From Acidobacteriota bacterium (GTDB lineage: Bacteria; Acidobacteriota; UBA6911; RPQK01; JAJDTT01): a stretch of DNA of 64,000 bases. The stretch lies in NCBI GenBank assembly GCA_965263035.1, contig OZ253580.1:1856001-1920000 (forward strand), in the 5' to 3' direction. The notes below the pieces were generated by a model that was given only the letters and a program-made list of their open reading frames with translations, was not told the DNA's origin and ran no database searches. Of the stretch, positions 28,145 to 37,250 are shown one piece after another. The position numbers and the translations under genes are program-made. Every line of letters begins with the position of its first letter. Position 1 is the stretch's first letter.

Positions 28145-29653
28145 ATGTCCCTGAAAATGGTGAGACCTCATCACGGACTCCTCCTCTTGATACTGGCTGG
28201 CGCCGGGCTCCACGCCTCACCCGAGACCATCGACGTGGGGTCCCGCAAGCAACTGTTCGTGGATGACCTCTATATCGAGTCGAGCTACGGAGTCCGGCTC
28301 ACCATGAACCCACCGTGGCAGGACCGGCGAATCCTCCTGGAGCCGGACCAGAACTGGGAGGGTCCCGGACAGGGTGGCTCCATCGGCCCCTATTCCAGCG
28401 TGCTCAAGGACAACGGGAAGATCCGCCTCTGGTATGACCAGCGCCAATACGGCGACGACCGTTTCCCGGACGTGCTGAGGGTCTGCTACGCCGAGTCCGA
28501 CGACGGTTTGGTGTTCGTCAAACCGCACCTGGGACTTTACGAGGCCGACGGGTCCCGCCAGAACAACATTGTGCTTCCCGGCAAGATCGGAGGCTCGTCC
28601 GTCTGGATCGATCCCCACGCTTCGCCAGAGCACCGGTACAAGAACCAAGCCAAGGTCTATCCATCCAACGAACTCCATCTCCACACCTCGCCGGACGGGT
28701 ATCGCTGGAAGCTCTTCTCCACGCTGGGTCCGGGTCCAGGCGGCTGGGACACCCAGAGCATCATTTTCTGGGATCCGCCGTCGTCGCGTTACCTCCTGTT
28801 CACCCGGTACTGGACCCGATTCGAAGACCGGAACCGGAACTTTCGCTCGGTGCGCCGCCTGGAGTCCCGCGACCTCGTCCACTGGACCAATCAGAGCATC
28901 GTAGTGGGCCCGGACGCCATCGACCGGAGGACCCATGCCACACCCACCGGCCAGCCGCCGGTGGACTACTACGGTGCCGACGTCTTCCGGTACGAGGAAG
29001 CGGACCAGGTCTACATCCTCCTGGCCCAAGCCTTCTGGCACTGGAAGCCGAGACCCCCCGTGTCCGGATTGGGTCCCAGCGCCATGGATGTGCGCCTGCT
29101 CGTAAGCCGGGACGGGAAACAATTCCGGCGGGTGGGAGAGAGAAAGCCCTTCCTTCGGATGGGACCTCCCGGAAGCTTCGACTCGGCCCGGGTCTGGACC
29201 CTGCCCCACCCCGTTCGCTTGGGTGACGAACTCTGGATCTACTACAACGGGTCCAACCAGGACCATGACCGGCAGTTGGATCCAGAGTCTTCCAGTCACC
29301 GGACGGGCATCGGCCGGGCCGTCATGAGGCTGGACGGCTTCGTATCCGTGGACGCGCCGTACGGCGGCGGCCGCTTCACCACTCCGCCGATCCGTTTCAG
29401 CGGGTCACGACTGGAATTGAACCTGGACACAGGTGGGGGAGGTCAGGCTGTGGTGGAGATTCTGGACGAATCGGGGCGAACCGTACCCGGTTTCTCGCGC
29501 GAGGAGGCGCTGCCCCTGAACGGGAACTCGGTCCGCCTGCCGGTGCGCTGGAAAGGAGACCCGGACTTGGAGAAACTGGCGGGCCAGCCGGTCCGCCTCC
29601 GGTTCCGTCTTCAGGATTGCAAGCTCTACGCCTTTCAGTTCAAGGAGAACTAA
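28145..29653 (+). CDS. Secreted beta-propeller glycoside-hydrolase-like protein
   Basis: RKQLFVDD, ESDDGL, SRDG, RLDGFVS, KLYAFQF; paralog of 4012 and 12229 genes. Confidence 0.7.
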   Translation: MSLKMVRPHHGLLLLILAGAGLHASPETIDVGSRKQLFVDDLYIESSYGVRLTMNPPWQDRRILLEPDQNWEGPGQGGSIGPYSSVLKDNGKIRLWYDQRQYGDDRFPDVLRVCYAESDDGLVFVKPHLGLYEADGSRQNNIVLPGKIGGSSVWIDPHASPEHRYKNQAKVYPSNELHLHTSPDGYRWKLFSTLGPGPGGWDTQSIIFWDPPSSRYLLFTRYWTRFEDRNRNFRSVRRLESRDLVHWTNQSIVVGPDAIDRRTHATPTGQPPVDYYGADVFRYEEADQVYILLAQAFWHWKPRPPVSGLGPSAMDVRLLVSRDGKQFRRVGERKPFLRMGPPGSFDSARVWTLPHPVRLGDELWIYYNGSNQDHDRQLDPESSSHRTGIGRAVMRLDGFVSVDAPYGGGRFTTPPIRFSGSRLELNLDTGGGGQAVVEILDESGRTVPGFSREEALPLNGNSVRLPVRWKGDPDLEKLAGQPVRLRFRLQDCKLYAFQFKEN

Positions 29654-29713
29654 CCAGGCGGAAAACGGAATCGAGATCACTCAGGTTGCCAACACCAGGA
29701 AATGGATCTGCCC

Positions 29714-29876
29714 AGGAGCCTGCGCCGCAGAAATTGATCTACTGCGAAAGTGGTAGAATCGGTCCATATTTCCCCGATTTCTCGGCGAATAGCACAACTA
29801 TGCACCTCAAAATCGAGAAAATCTGGCCTCGATTCCCCACTTTCTCGCTACGATCATTTCTACCGCGCAGACTCCT
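29714..29876 (+). mobile_element. 163-bp MITE, copy 1
   Basis: AGGAGCCTGCGC...GCGCAGACTCCT imperfect ~25-bp TIRs; near-identical to four other copies. Confidence 0.9.
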
Positions 29877-30861
29877 AGCCCATTGAATTTCGACCTCCAG
29901 ACACTCCGAGGGGATCTCTCCGGCGGTATCACCTCCGCGGTGGTGACGCTGCCGGTCGCATTGGCCTTCGGCGTGGCGTCGGGCCTGGGGGCGGCCGCGG
30001 GCTTGTACGGCGCTATTGCCGCCGGCTTTTTCGCGGCTCTGTTCGGCGGAACGCGGGCACGATTCACGCGTTGCCCGGGGTGGTGGCCAACATCAATGGC
30101 AGCGCCTTTGCCATCGCCTCCCTGACGCTGGTTGTCGTATCGATCTGGCCCCGGCGCCTGGCGAGACTGCTGCCCGCTCCCCTGCTGGCCCTGGTTGGCG
30201 GGACACTGGTGGGCCTGTTGTGGCTCAGTGACGCCCCCGTCATCGGACCCGTGCCTGGAGGCCTGCCGGAACCGCAGTTGATCTTCCCCTCCGCCGGCTT
30301 CATGGCGGGTGCCCTCCAACCCGCGCTCATTCTTGCCCTGCTCGCCTCCGCGAACAGCCTTCTCACGTCCCTGGTCGCCGATTTCCCTAACTGGCGGACA
30401 CCACAATCCCAACCGGGAACTGGTGGGTCAGGGGATCGGCAACATGGTCGCGGGACTCATCGGAGGCGTGCCCGGAGCCGGGGCCACCATGGGAACCGCC
30501 ATCAACATACGGGCCGGCGCCCTGACCCGGGCATCGGGGGCCTTTTCCGCGGTGGTCCTGCTGGTGTTTCTATTGGGTCTTGGCCATTACGTGGAGCCGA
30601 TTCCCCGGGCCGTTCTCGCGGGCCTCCTGATCAAGGTCGGCTGGGACATCGTCGACTGGAATCTTCTCACCCGGCTTCACCGCATCCGGCGCGAACACGC
30701 GGCAGTCATGCTGATCACGCTGGGCCTGACGGTGTTCGTCGACCTGGTGACCGGCATCGCCATCGGGCTGATCGCCGCGGGAATGACTCACGCACGGCAG
30801 TTGGAACGCCTGGAGATGGACAGCGTCGTCTCGGTTCCGCTGCTGGACCAGACCTTCTTTT

Positions 30862-30990
30862 GGGGCCTATATATCTGACTTGACGTCAGCACACAGTTCC
30901 GGCGCCACGCTCGGCCCACTGGCCCACGTTTCGGCACCCAGGGCAAGAACCCCCGCCCTGAGAATGTTCAGGGCTGCATTATGGTCCCTG
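30862..30990 (-). ncRNA. Putative TnpB omega-RNA overlapping the tnpB 3' end (boundaries uncertain)
   Basis: Minus-strand stems cagggc/gccctg, ggtgcc/ggcgcc with inner ggcc/ggcc, ctgac-gtcaa-gtcag; position typical of TnpB omega-RNAs. Confidence 0.55.
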
Positions 30991-32033
30991 TCCATTCTGA
31001 GATCACAGGCTGAGCAGCGATACGTCTCGCTCCTTCCCGGTCGATTCCGGGCACCACAACGGTGACAGTCCTGCGACGTGTATTGTGGGTTGACTTCCAC
31101 GAACTCCCGACCGGCCCACTCTGCCTTGTACTGGAGTTGATTCCGCAGCAGCCCCCATTGCTGTGAGAGCATCTCCCGATTCAAGCCCTTCGTCGTCATC
31201 CCCTTGATGTCCAACTTCTCCACCGCAATCAGTCCGTTCTTGCGGATGATCTCAGTGGTCTGCCGGTGACAGGAATTCCGGTTGCGTACACCCTCCCGGA
31301 AACGCATTCCCGCCAACCGGCGGACTCTCTTCTTCCTCCGGTTCGACCCCCGCCGGCACCGAGCAATCTTTCTCTGTTGCCGCCTGATCTCCGCCCAGTC
31401 CCGGGTGTTGCGTTCGATTCGTTCACCGGTGGACATAACCGCCCGCTTGCGGACACCCAGGTCGATTCCGACCGCCGATGCACACTTCGGCAGCGGCTGC
31501 TTCTCGACTTCATAGGTCAGATCCACGTACACCCGATTCGGCTTGCGGACGATCCGCAACGCCTTCAGTTCACCATCGGGCAAGGGCCGGGCCGGGAACA
31601 ACCGAATCGTCGGAAAGCCCTGGGGACGGATGGCGTATCCCCGGGCCCGCTTTTTCACCATCGTCGTCCTGGGATCGACGATATCAATGGTCTCCATCCT
31701 GGAGATCGGTCGGAACCGGGGATACCCAGGATCCTCTCCCGCCTTGGAGCGCCGGAAGAAGGCCTGGAAGGCTGGCTCCAAGCGAAACAACATCCCCCTC
31801 TCGGCCTTGACGGCAATGGCCCCGAGCCCGTCCGGATCGTTTCTCCGCTGCTGCGTCAAACCCCGCAACTGGTCATACAGAGTCACGGATTTCTCATCCT
31901 TCTCCCAGGTGTCCTTACGCTCCTCCAGGGCGGAGTTGTAGAGGCGGTTCAAAACTGATCTGATCCAATCCAGACGCCGAAGCCCTCCCTTGGACATCTT
32001 GGCTCGGCACTGAAATGTTGTGTGAACCTTCAC
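30867..32033 (-). CDS. tnpB: RNA-guided endonuclease TnpB
   Basis: LYNSALEER, GYPRFR, VGIDLG (RuvC-I D), IAVEKL (RuvC-II E), TSQDCHRCG..CSAC zinc finger, DRDHNAALNI (RuvC-III D). Confidence 0.95.
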   Translation of the reverse strand: MKVHTTFQCRAKMSKGGLRRLDWIRSVLNRLYNSALEERKDTWEKDEKSVTLYDQLRGLTQQRRNDPDGLGAIAVKAERGMLFRLEPAFQAFFRRSKAGEDPGYPRFRPISRMETIDIVDPRTTMVKKRARGYAIRPQGFPTIRLFPARPLPDGELKALRIVRKPNRVYVDLTYEVEKQPLPKCASAVGIDLGVRKRAVMSTGERIERNTRDWAEIRRQQRKIARCRRGSNRRKKRVRRLAGMRFREGVRNRNSCHRQTTEIIRKNGLIAVEKLDIKGMTTKGLNREMLSQQWGLLRNQLQYKAEWAGREFVEVNPQYTSQDCHRCGARNRPGRSETYRCSACDLRMDRDHNAALNILRAGVLALGAETWASGPSVAPELCADVKSDI

Positions 32034-32504
32034 AGTATATATGTTAATACATCTGCATGACGATCCATCAAGTTAGATATATAAGCCCCCTTCTTTTCCC
32101 TTCCTAAGGGACCGTCCGGATCGGACCCCTATTTGGCTCGAGTCGGTCTGTTGGCGCTCAAGGGCAGCTTTACTGTCGCCTCCTCCAACCGATTGGCCCG
32201 CGCGATCAGCGCCGACATCAAGGATCACGATGTCGTCATTTTCGACTTCTCTCAGGCCACGTACTTCGACGACAGCGCGGCCATGGTGATCAAGAAGCTG
32301 ATGGACATCGCTCGGGAAGAACAGACTGGGCTAATCGTGATGGGCCTCTCCGGCTCGGTTGCGAAAACCCTTCAGGCCCTCGCCGTCTTACGGGAGGTGC
32401 CGGAGAGTCGAGTCGTTTCGACGCTGGACGAGGCGCGGCAGGCGGCAAAAGATCTCCTCGGCGGTTGACGCCAGCGAGTTCGTCTTGGACAGCCGGCGCG
32501 TGCT

Positions 32505-32667
32505 AGGAGCCTGCGCCGCAGAAATTGATCTACTGCGAAAGCGGTAGAATCGATCCATATTTCCTCGATTTCTCGGCGAATAGAACAACTATGCACCTCA
32601 AAATCGAGAAAATCCGGCCTCGATTCCCCACTTTCTCGCTACGATCATTTCTACCGCGCAGACTCCT
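32505..32667 (+). mobile_element. 163-bp MITE, copy 2
   Basis: Same sequence; flanks CT|...|AG; end overlaps the ferritin stop codon. Confidence 0.9.
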
Positions 32668-33091
32668 AGAGGGGCCAATCCCGGAGCAGCCGCTCGGTTT
32701 CTTCCGAGTGCGTCGTTTCGTCGCGCACGATGTCTTCGAGCTGGACCACCAATCCCTTGTCACCCAACTCTTCCGCCTGTCGGGCCCGCTCCGTATAGTC
32801 CCGCGTCGCCTTCTGTTCGGCAACCAGGACCTGTTCGACCATCTCCTTGTTCGTGGCAGCCGCCGGAACCGGCCGGGGCACCGTGGCCGGCTCGCCGCCC
32901 AGGGCCACGATCTTGTTCGCCAGGTACTGCGCATGCAGCTGCTCGTCGGCCACTTCACCGAGAAAGAACTGAGACAACTGCGGCCTGTAGGGACCCGTCG
33001 TCTTGGCGGCGTAGGTCAGATATTGGATGATCGCACCCAGTTCTCCGGCCAAGTCTTCATTCAGATTCTCGATCATCTCCTGCTTGGTCAT
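32666..33091 (-). CDS. Ferritin-like (bacterioferritin/Dps-like) protein
   Basis: LNEDLAGELGAIIQY, DEQLHA, LGGEP, EQKA..Y, DETTH diiron motifs. Confidence 0.88.
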   Translation of the reverse strand: MTKQEMIENLNEDLAGELGAIIQYLTYAAKTTGPYRPQLSQFFLGEVADEQLHAQYLANKIVALGGEPATVPRPVPAAATNKEMVEQVLVAEQKATRDYTERARQAEELGDKGLVVQLEDIVRDETTHSEETERLLRDWPL

Positions 33092-33441
33092 GTTCCGCTC
33101 CCTTCCTGCCTCTTTGACTGGTCGTCGCTCTATTCATGATACATCCGTGGTCGCCGACCTTGAGGCGGTCCGGATTTTCCCACTTTTTTCGGGGCGTCAG
33201 TCGAAAGCCGCCGCAGTGCTCGCCCCGGTCTCGTGTTCCGCGACGTGATTGCAGGCGATGCCTGCTGCACCCTCAGGTGCCGATGGCGTGGCTGGTGTAT
33301 CTTTAACTCTCCCGCGGAAGCGGATCGAAGGTAGCGTTGGAGGCTGAATTCGCAGCTCGGTCGAATCGATGCTGTTCGATGGAACGGGTATTTCAGGCGG
33401 GAGCCAATGCCGCGTCCTGCCGCAGTTGGAAAGGTTTTGAC

Positions 33442-34224
33442 ATGCGTGACAAACCAGAATCGGTTCCTATGGTCGTCGATCTCGAAGGGAGGACGGCGGT
33501 CGTCACCGGCGGCGGCACGGGCATCGGGCGGGCAGTTTCTATCGGTCTCGCCCGCTGCGGTGCATCGGTGGTGGTCAATTTCAGCCGAAGCACGCGGGAG
33601 GCCGAAGAAACCGTAGAGGAGGTCCGGCGAGCGGGCGGCCAGGCGATCGCCGTGCGGGCGGACGTGACCGACGAGCAGCAGGTGGCGGATCTCATGACCG
33701 CCGCCGTGGAGAGATTCGGCGGCCTGGACATCCTGGTGGCCAACGCCGGAGCTCCCGGTCAAGGCCGTCTGACCAGCGAACTGACCGAGGAACAATGGGA
33801 GCATGATCTGGCCACCAACTGCCGGAGCGCCTTCTTCTGCGTCAAGCACGCCATGGCCCATCTGCCCGACGGGCGCGGCCGCATCATCCTCACCGGGTCC
33901 ATGAGCGCCCGCACCGGCGCCACGCCGGGCGCCCTGACCTACGTCGCCTCCAAGGCCGCCCTCGAAGGCATGACCCGCAACTGGGCCCAGGAATTCGGAC
34001 CTCGCGGCATTACCGTCAACACCATCGCACCCGGCATCGTCCGCACCCGCCTCCATGCCCGGGCCTCCGCGGAACGCTACCAGTACCTGATCGGGCGAAT
34101 TCCGCTGGGGCGCGACGGACAACCTGAGGATTGCGTCGGCGCTTTTCTGTTGCTGGCCGGAGACGACGGAGCCTTCATCACGGGGCAGGTCATCGAGGTG
34201 GGCGGCGGAATGCTGGCTTCGTGA
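33442..34224 (+). CDS. SDR-family oxidoreductase
   Basis: TGGGTGIG, NAG, YVASK, VNTIAPG. Confidence 0.92.
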   Translation: MRDKPESVPMVVDLEGRTAVVTGGGTGIGRAVSIGLARCGASVVVNFSRSTREAEETVEEVRRAGGQAIAVRADVTDEQQVADLMTAAVERFGGLDILVANAGAPGQGRLTSELTEEQWEHDLATNCRSAFFCVKHAMAHLPDGRGRIILTGSMSARTGATPGALTYVASKAALEGMTRNWAQEFGPRGITVNTIAPGIVRTRLHARASAERYQYLIGRIPLGRDGQPEDCVGAFLLLAGDDGAFITGQVIEVGGGMLAS

Positions 34225-34365
34225 CCGGACCGGACCTCGTCCAGCCATTCCGACGAAGGTGGAAGGGGTGCGCATCGCGCGGGCGGTGAAACCCAGGTTG
34301 CGGCGGAACCTGAGAAAGGAGTCCTGCCCGGAGCCCCGGCCACCTTCGCCGGGCGCCGACGCACC

Positions 34366-35436
34366 TCACCGCTGGGAGCGGATCAGCAGGTAAAGAAAAG
34401 TGGGGCCTCCCAGCAGGGCGGTCAGGACGCCCACCGGAAGCTCCACACCCCCGATGAGCCTGGACCGCACCAGGCAGTCACAGACCAGCAGGAACCCGCC
34501 CCCCACCAGCAGCGAAGCCGCCATCACGATTCGCTGGTCCGTTCCCACCAGGCGGCGGACCATGTGCGGCACGATCAGCCCCACGAAACCGATGGGCCCC
34601 ACTGCCGAAACGATTCCGGCGATGGCCAGGGAGCCGAACGCGAAGACCAGGATCCGGACCCGCCGGACGGAGACGCCTCGTCCCGCCGCGTAGTCATCTC
34701 CCAGCGCCAGGGGGTTGAGCTGGTGCGACAGCCAGACGATCACCGCCACGCCCGGCAGAACAAACGGGAGAATGCTCCAGAGGTCGCTCCAGACGTAAAG
34801 GGAGTTCAGGCTTCCCATCAGCCAGTGATCCAACACATGCAGGTCATAGGGATTGGCGGCCTGATGACGCATCAACAGGATGAGGGCGCCACAGATCAGG
34901 TTCACCGTGACTCCGGCCAGCAACAGGGTCGCCATGCTGAGGCGTCCGGCCAGTCGGGCGATGCCGTAGATCAGGACGATGTCCAGGACCGCCGCCAGAT
35001 AGGCGGCCACCTGAATCGGGGAGAAGGGCCCCCAGGCGAGCCCCGACCCGAATCCGATGACGGCGCAGAAGGCGCCGACGGCGGCCGCCGTGGAGATTCC
35101 CAGAGTCGACGGCGCCACCAGGGGATTGCGCAGGATCGCCTGCAGCGCCGCCCCGATGACCGCCAGTCCGGCTCCCGCAACGACACCCATCCAGGAGCGG
35201 AGAATCCGATTGGAGACGATGCTGCGCAGGACCTGATTCTGATCCCGGTCGGGCAGATCATCCGGCAAGGGGGCCATGAAGCCGTGCCGGAAAATCAGTC
35301 CCAATCCCGACTGCGTATCGACCTCTTCGGCTCCGAAAAACGGGGAGACCACGAGAGCCGTGACCAGAAAAAGGGAGCACAACCCCACGGTTCTCCAGAC
35401 TTGGACCCTGCGGCCGATGGCCACACCACTATTCAT
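34366..35436 (-). CDS. btuC: FecCD/BtuC-family ABC permease
   Basis: QAILRNPLVAPSTLGIS, GPIGFVGLIVPH, ELPVGVLTALLGGP; in a B12-riboswitch operon. Confidence 0.85.
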   Translation of the reverse strand: MNSGVAIGRRVQVWRTVGLCSLFLVTALVVSPFFGAEEVDTQSGLGLIFRHGFMAPLPDDLPDRDQNQVLRSIVSNRILRSWMGVVAGAGLAVIGAALQAILRNPLVAPSTLGISTAAAVGAFCAVIGFGSGLAWGPFSPIQVAAYLAAVLDIVLIYGIARLAGRLSMATLLLAGVTVNLICGALILLMRHQAANPYDLHVLDHWLMGSLNSLYVWSDLWSILPFVLPGVAVIVWLSHQLNPLALGDDYAAGRGVSVRRVRILVFAFGSLAIAGIVSAVGPIGFVGLIVPHMVRRLVGTDQRIVMAASLLVGGGFLLVCDCLVRSRLIGGVELPVGVLTALLGGPTFLYLLIRSQR

Positions 35437-36290
35437 CTCTGGCTCTCCGGGAGCTCTCGGAACTGGAAGCCCGGCAGCACCACGGGAAGTCCGCTTCGCG
35501 TATCCCGGGTGACGTCGACGTCGCTTCCGTAGGATTCCGCCACCAGGGCCTGGGTCAACACCTGTTCGGGTCTGCCCCGGGCCCGGATCCTTCGGTCCGA
35601 GAGCAGATAGATGACGTCGGCGAATCGTGAGGCCAGATTCAGGTCGTGGGTGATGCAGAGAATGCCTCTGCCGGCTCGGGCCAATCGCCGGAGCCGTTGC
35701 GAAAAGGTCGCCAGATGGTGGACGTCCAGCCCCTTCCCCGGTTCGTCCAGCAGCAAAAGCGAGCTTTGCTGGGCCAGGATCCCGGCCAGGAGAACCGCTT
35801 GCTGCTCGCCGCCGCTGAGCGATTCGAACACCCGATTCCTCAGGTCCGCCACTCCCATCCGTTCCAGCGCCTGGCCCACGATCTCCCGGTCCTGCTCACC
35901 GGGGAGAGTCCACCATCGCTGGTGGGGAAAGCGGCCCAGAAGAACCACCTCCTGCACGGTGTACCCGTCGGGAGGCAGAACCTCCTGAGGAAGATAGGCG
36001 ACGGTCCGGGCCCGGCCCACGGGGGACATGCCGGCCAGGTCCTGCAGCCGTCCTTCAGTCCCGGACCGAAGGTGCACGGTCCCCGTCGTCGGCTGCAACA
36101 GACCGGCCAGGATCTTCATCAGGGTGCTCTTGCCGGCCCCGTTGGGACCGATGAGCATGGTGAGCGATCCCGGCTCGACCGACAGCTGCACGTCCTCCAG
36201 CAACGATTGCTGCCCTGCGTAACGGAACGCCACTCCCTGAGCCGTCAGCGAAATTGAATCGTCCAGCGTTTCCCCCTCCTCTTTCCTCAC
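35433..36290 (-). CDS. btuD: ABC ATPase (BtuD/FecE-like)
   Basis: GPNGAGKST, LSGGE, LLLDEP, THDLN. Confidence 0.88.
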   Translation of the reverse strand: MRKEEGETLDDSISLTAQGVAFRYAGQQSLLEDVQLSVEPGSLTMLIGPNGAGKSTLMKILAGLLQPTTGTVHLRSGTEGRLQDLAGMSPVGRARTVAYLPQEVLPPDGYTVQEVVLLGRFPHQRWWTLPGEQDREIVGQALERMGVADLRNRVFESLSGGEQQAVLLAGILAQQSSLLLLDEPGKGLDVHHLATFSQRLRRLARAGRGILCITHDLNLASRFADVIYLLSDRRIRARGRPEQVLTQALVAESYGSDVDVTRDTRSGLPVVLPGFQFRELPESQR

Positions 36291-37189
36291 TCTTCACCGC
36301 CATGGATGGCCCGGGCGATGAGCCGGGCGGCCTGGGGCAGGCGTGGCCCCGAACGCATGAGGAAGCTTCCATTCAACACCCGGACCCGTCCGTTTCGTAC
36401 CGCCGGCAACGTGGGGTGCATCCGCCACTCCTCCAGGAACCCGTTTCGCACGTCCGCCGGAAGTTGGTCCCGGGAATCCAGCACCAGGATGACCTGAGGC
36501 CGGCGCACCAGAATCGTCTCCAGGCTCACCATGGGCCATGGCTGTTCCACGTCGGCGGTAATGGAGCGGGCGCCCGCCAGCTCCACCAATTCGGTCAGGA
36601 AGGAACCCTTCCCCGCGGAGAACACCTGGTGGCTCTTGCTGCCCATCACCAGCAGGACGTCGAGACGAGGCCGTCCGGCATACCGTTCCCGGATCTCCTC
36701 CAACTCTCGCCTCAGCCGCGTGGCCACGAGCTCTCCGGCCCGGAAATCTCCCAACGCATCCGCCAACAGGACAGGAGCTTGGAGCACATCCCGGACCGAT
36801 GTCGATTCCAGGGCCAGAAAACGAATCTGCTGCCGGCGCGCGATGCGCTCCAGCTTGAACCCCTTCCCCAGCGCCACGATCAGATCCGGCCGGAGGGCAA
36901 GGATCTTCTCCACGTTCGGCTCGACGGCGGTCCCGGCCACGGGCAGCCGGACGGCCTCGGCGGGGTGATCGCAGTGGGGCGACACCCCCACGATCCGGTC
37001 CTGCAGATCCATGGCAAACAGGAATTCCACGATGCTGGGACCGTAGGCGATGACCCGCCGAACCTCAGCTTCCGGTTCCGAAGCGGGAGACGCCCCGCCC
37101 GGACGACCGGATCGTTGTTCCTGGCATCCCGCCAGCAGGAGAACCGGCAAGAGAATCCGCAGGGCCCGCTCGACTCGATTCGTCTGCAC
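36287..37189 (-). CDS. btuF: Helical-backbone substrate-binding lipoprotein (BtuF-like)
   Basis: LAGC lipobox, PNVEKILALRPDL, LPAVRNGRV, RSGPRL. Confidence 0.85.
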   Translation of the reverse strand: MQTNRVERALRILLPVLLLAGCQEQRSGRPGGASPASEPEAEVRRVIAYGPSIVEFLFAMDLQDRIVGVSPHCDHPAEAVRLPVAGTAVEPNVEKILALRPDLIVALGKGFKLERIARRQQIRFLALESTSVRDVLQAPVLLADALGDFRAGELVATRLRRELEEIRERYAGRPRLDVLLVMGSKSHQVFSAGKGSFLTELVELAGARSITADVEQPWPMVSLETILVRRPQVILVLDSRDQLPADVRNGFLEEWRMHPTLPAVRNGRVRVLNGSFLMRSGPRLPQAARLIARAIHGGEE

Positions 37190-37250
37190 TTCTCAAGTCC
37201 ACCCGCCCTCGGCTCTCCGCAGAACTCTTCGCCTGGATTCTCACGAACTG

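Larger units (their letters stand above)
30862..32089 (-). mobile_element. Non-autonomous TIR cassette carrying tnpB, with 8-bp TSD (CTTCTTTT)
   Basis: TIR ggggcctatatatctgacttga 30862-30883 vs tcaagttagatatataagcccc 32068-32089 (20/22); cttctttt at 30854-30861 and 32090-32097. Confidence 0.92.
29883..32468 (+). pseudogene. SulP-family anion transporter (with STAS), disrupted by deletion, frameshift and insertion
   Basis: GDLSGG..LPVALAFG..GLYGA; jump near 30065; frameshift near 30385; NRELVGQGIGN; STAS 32133-32468 becomes in-frame when 30862-32097 is removed. Confidence 0.88.

Noticed and set aside
29734-29759. TTGATC...TAGAAT promoter inside the MITE
   Set aside because: Spacer is only 14 nt; better explained as a GAAA hairpin
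30867-32033. Ordinary IS1341/IS605 solo-tnpB insertion directly into sulP
   Set aside because: The sulP frame is restored only by removing the TIR-bounded unit plus one 8-bp duplicate, which HUH-type transposition does not generate
32525-33139. Recurring ORFs starting MIYCESGRI.. or ending ..IDLLRKR (also 47872, 48092, 50568)
   Set aside because: Translations of the 163-bp MITE running into antisense frames, not genes
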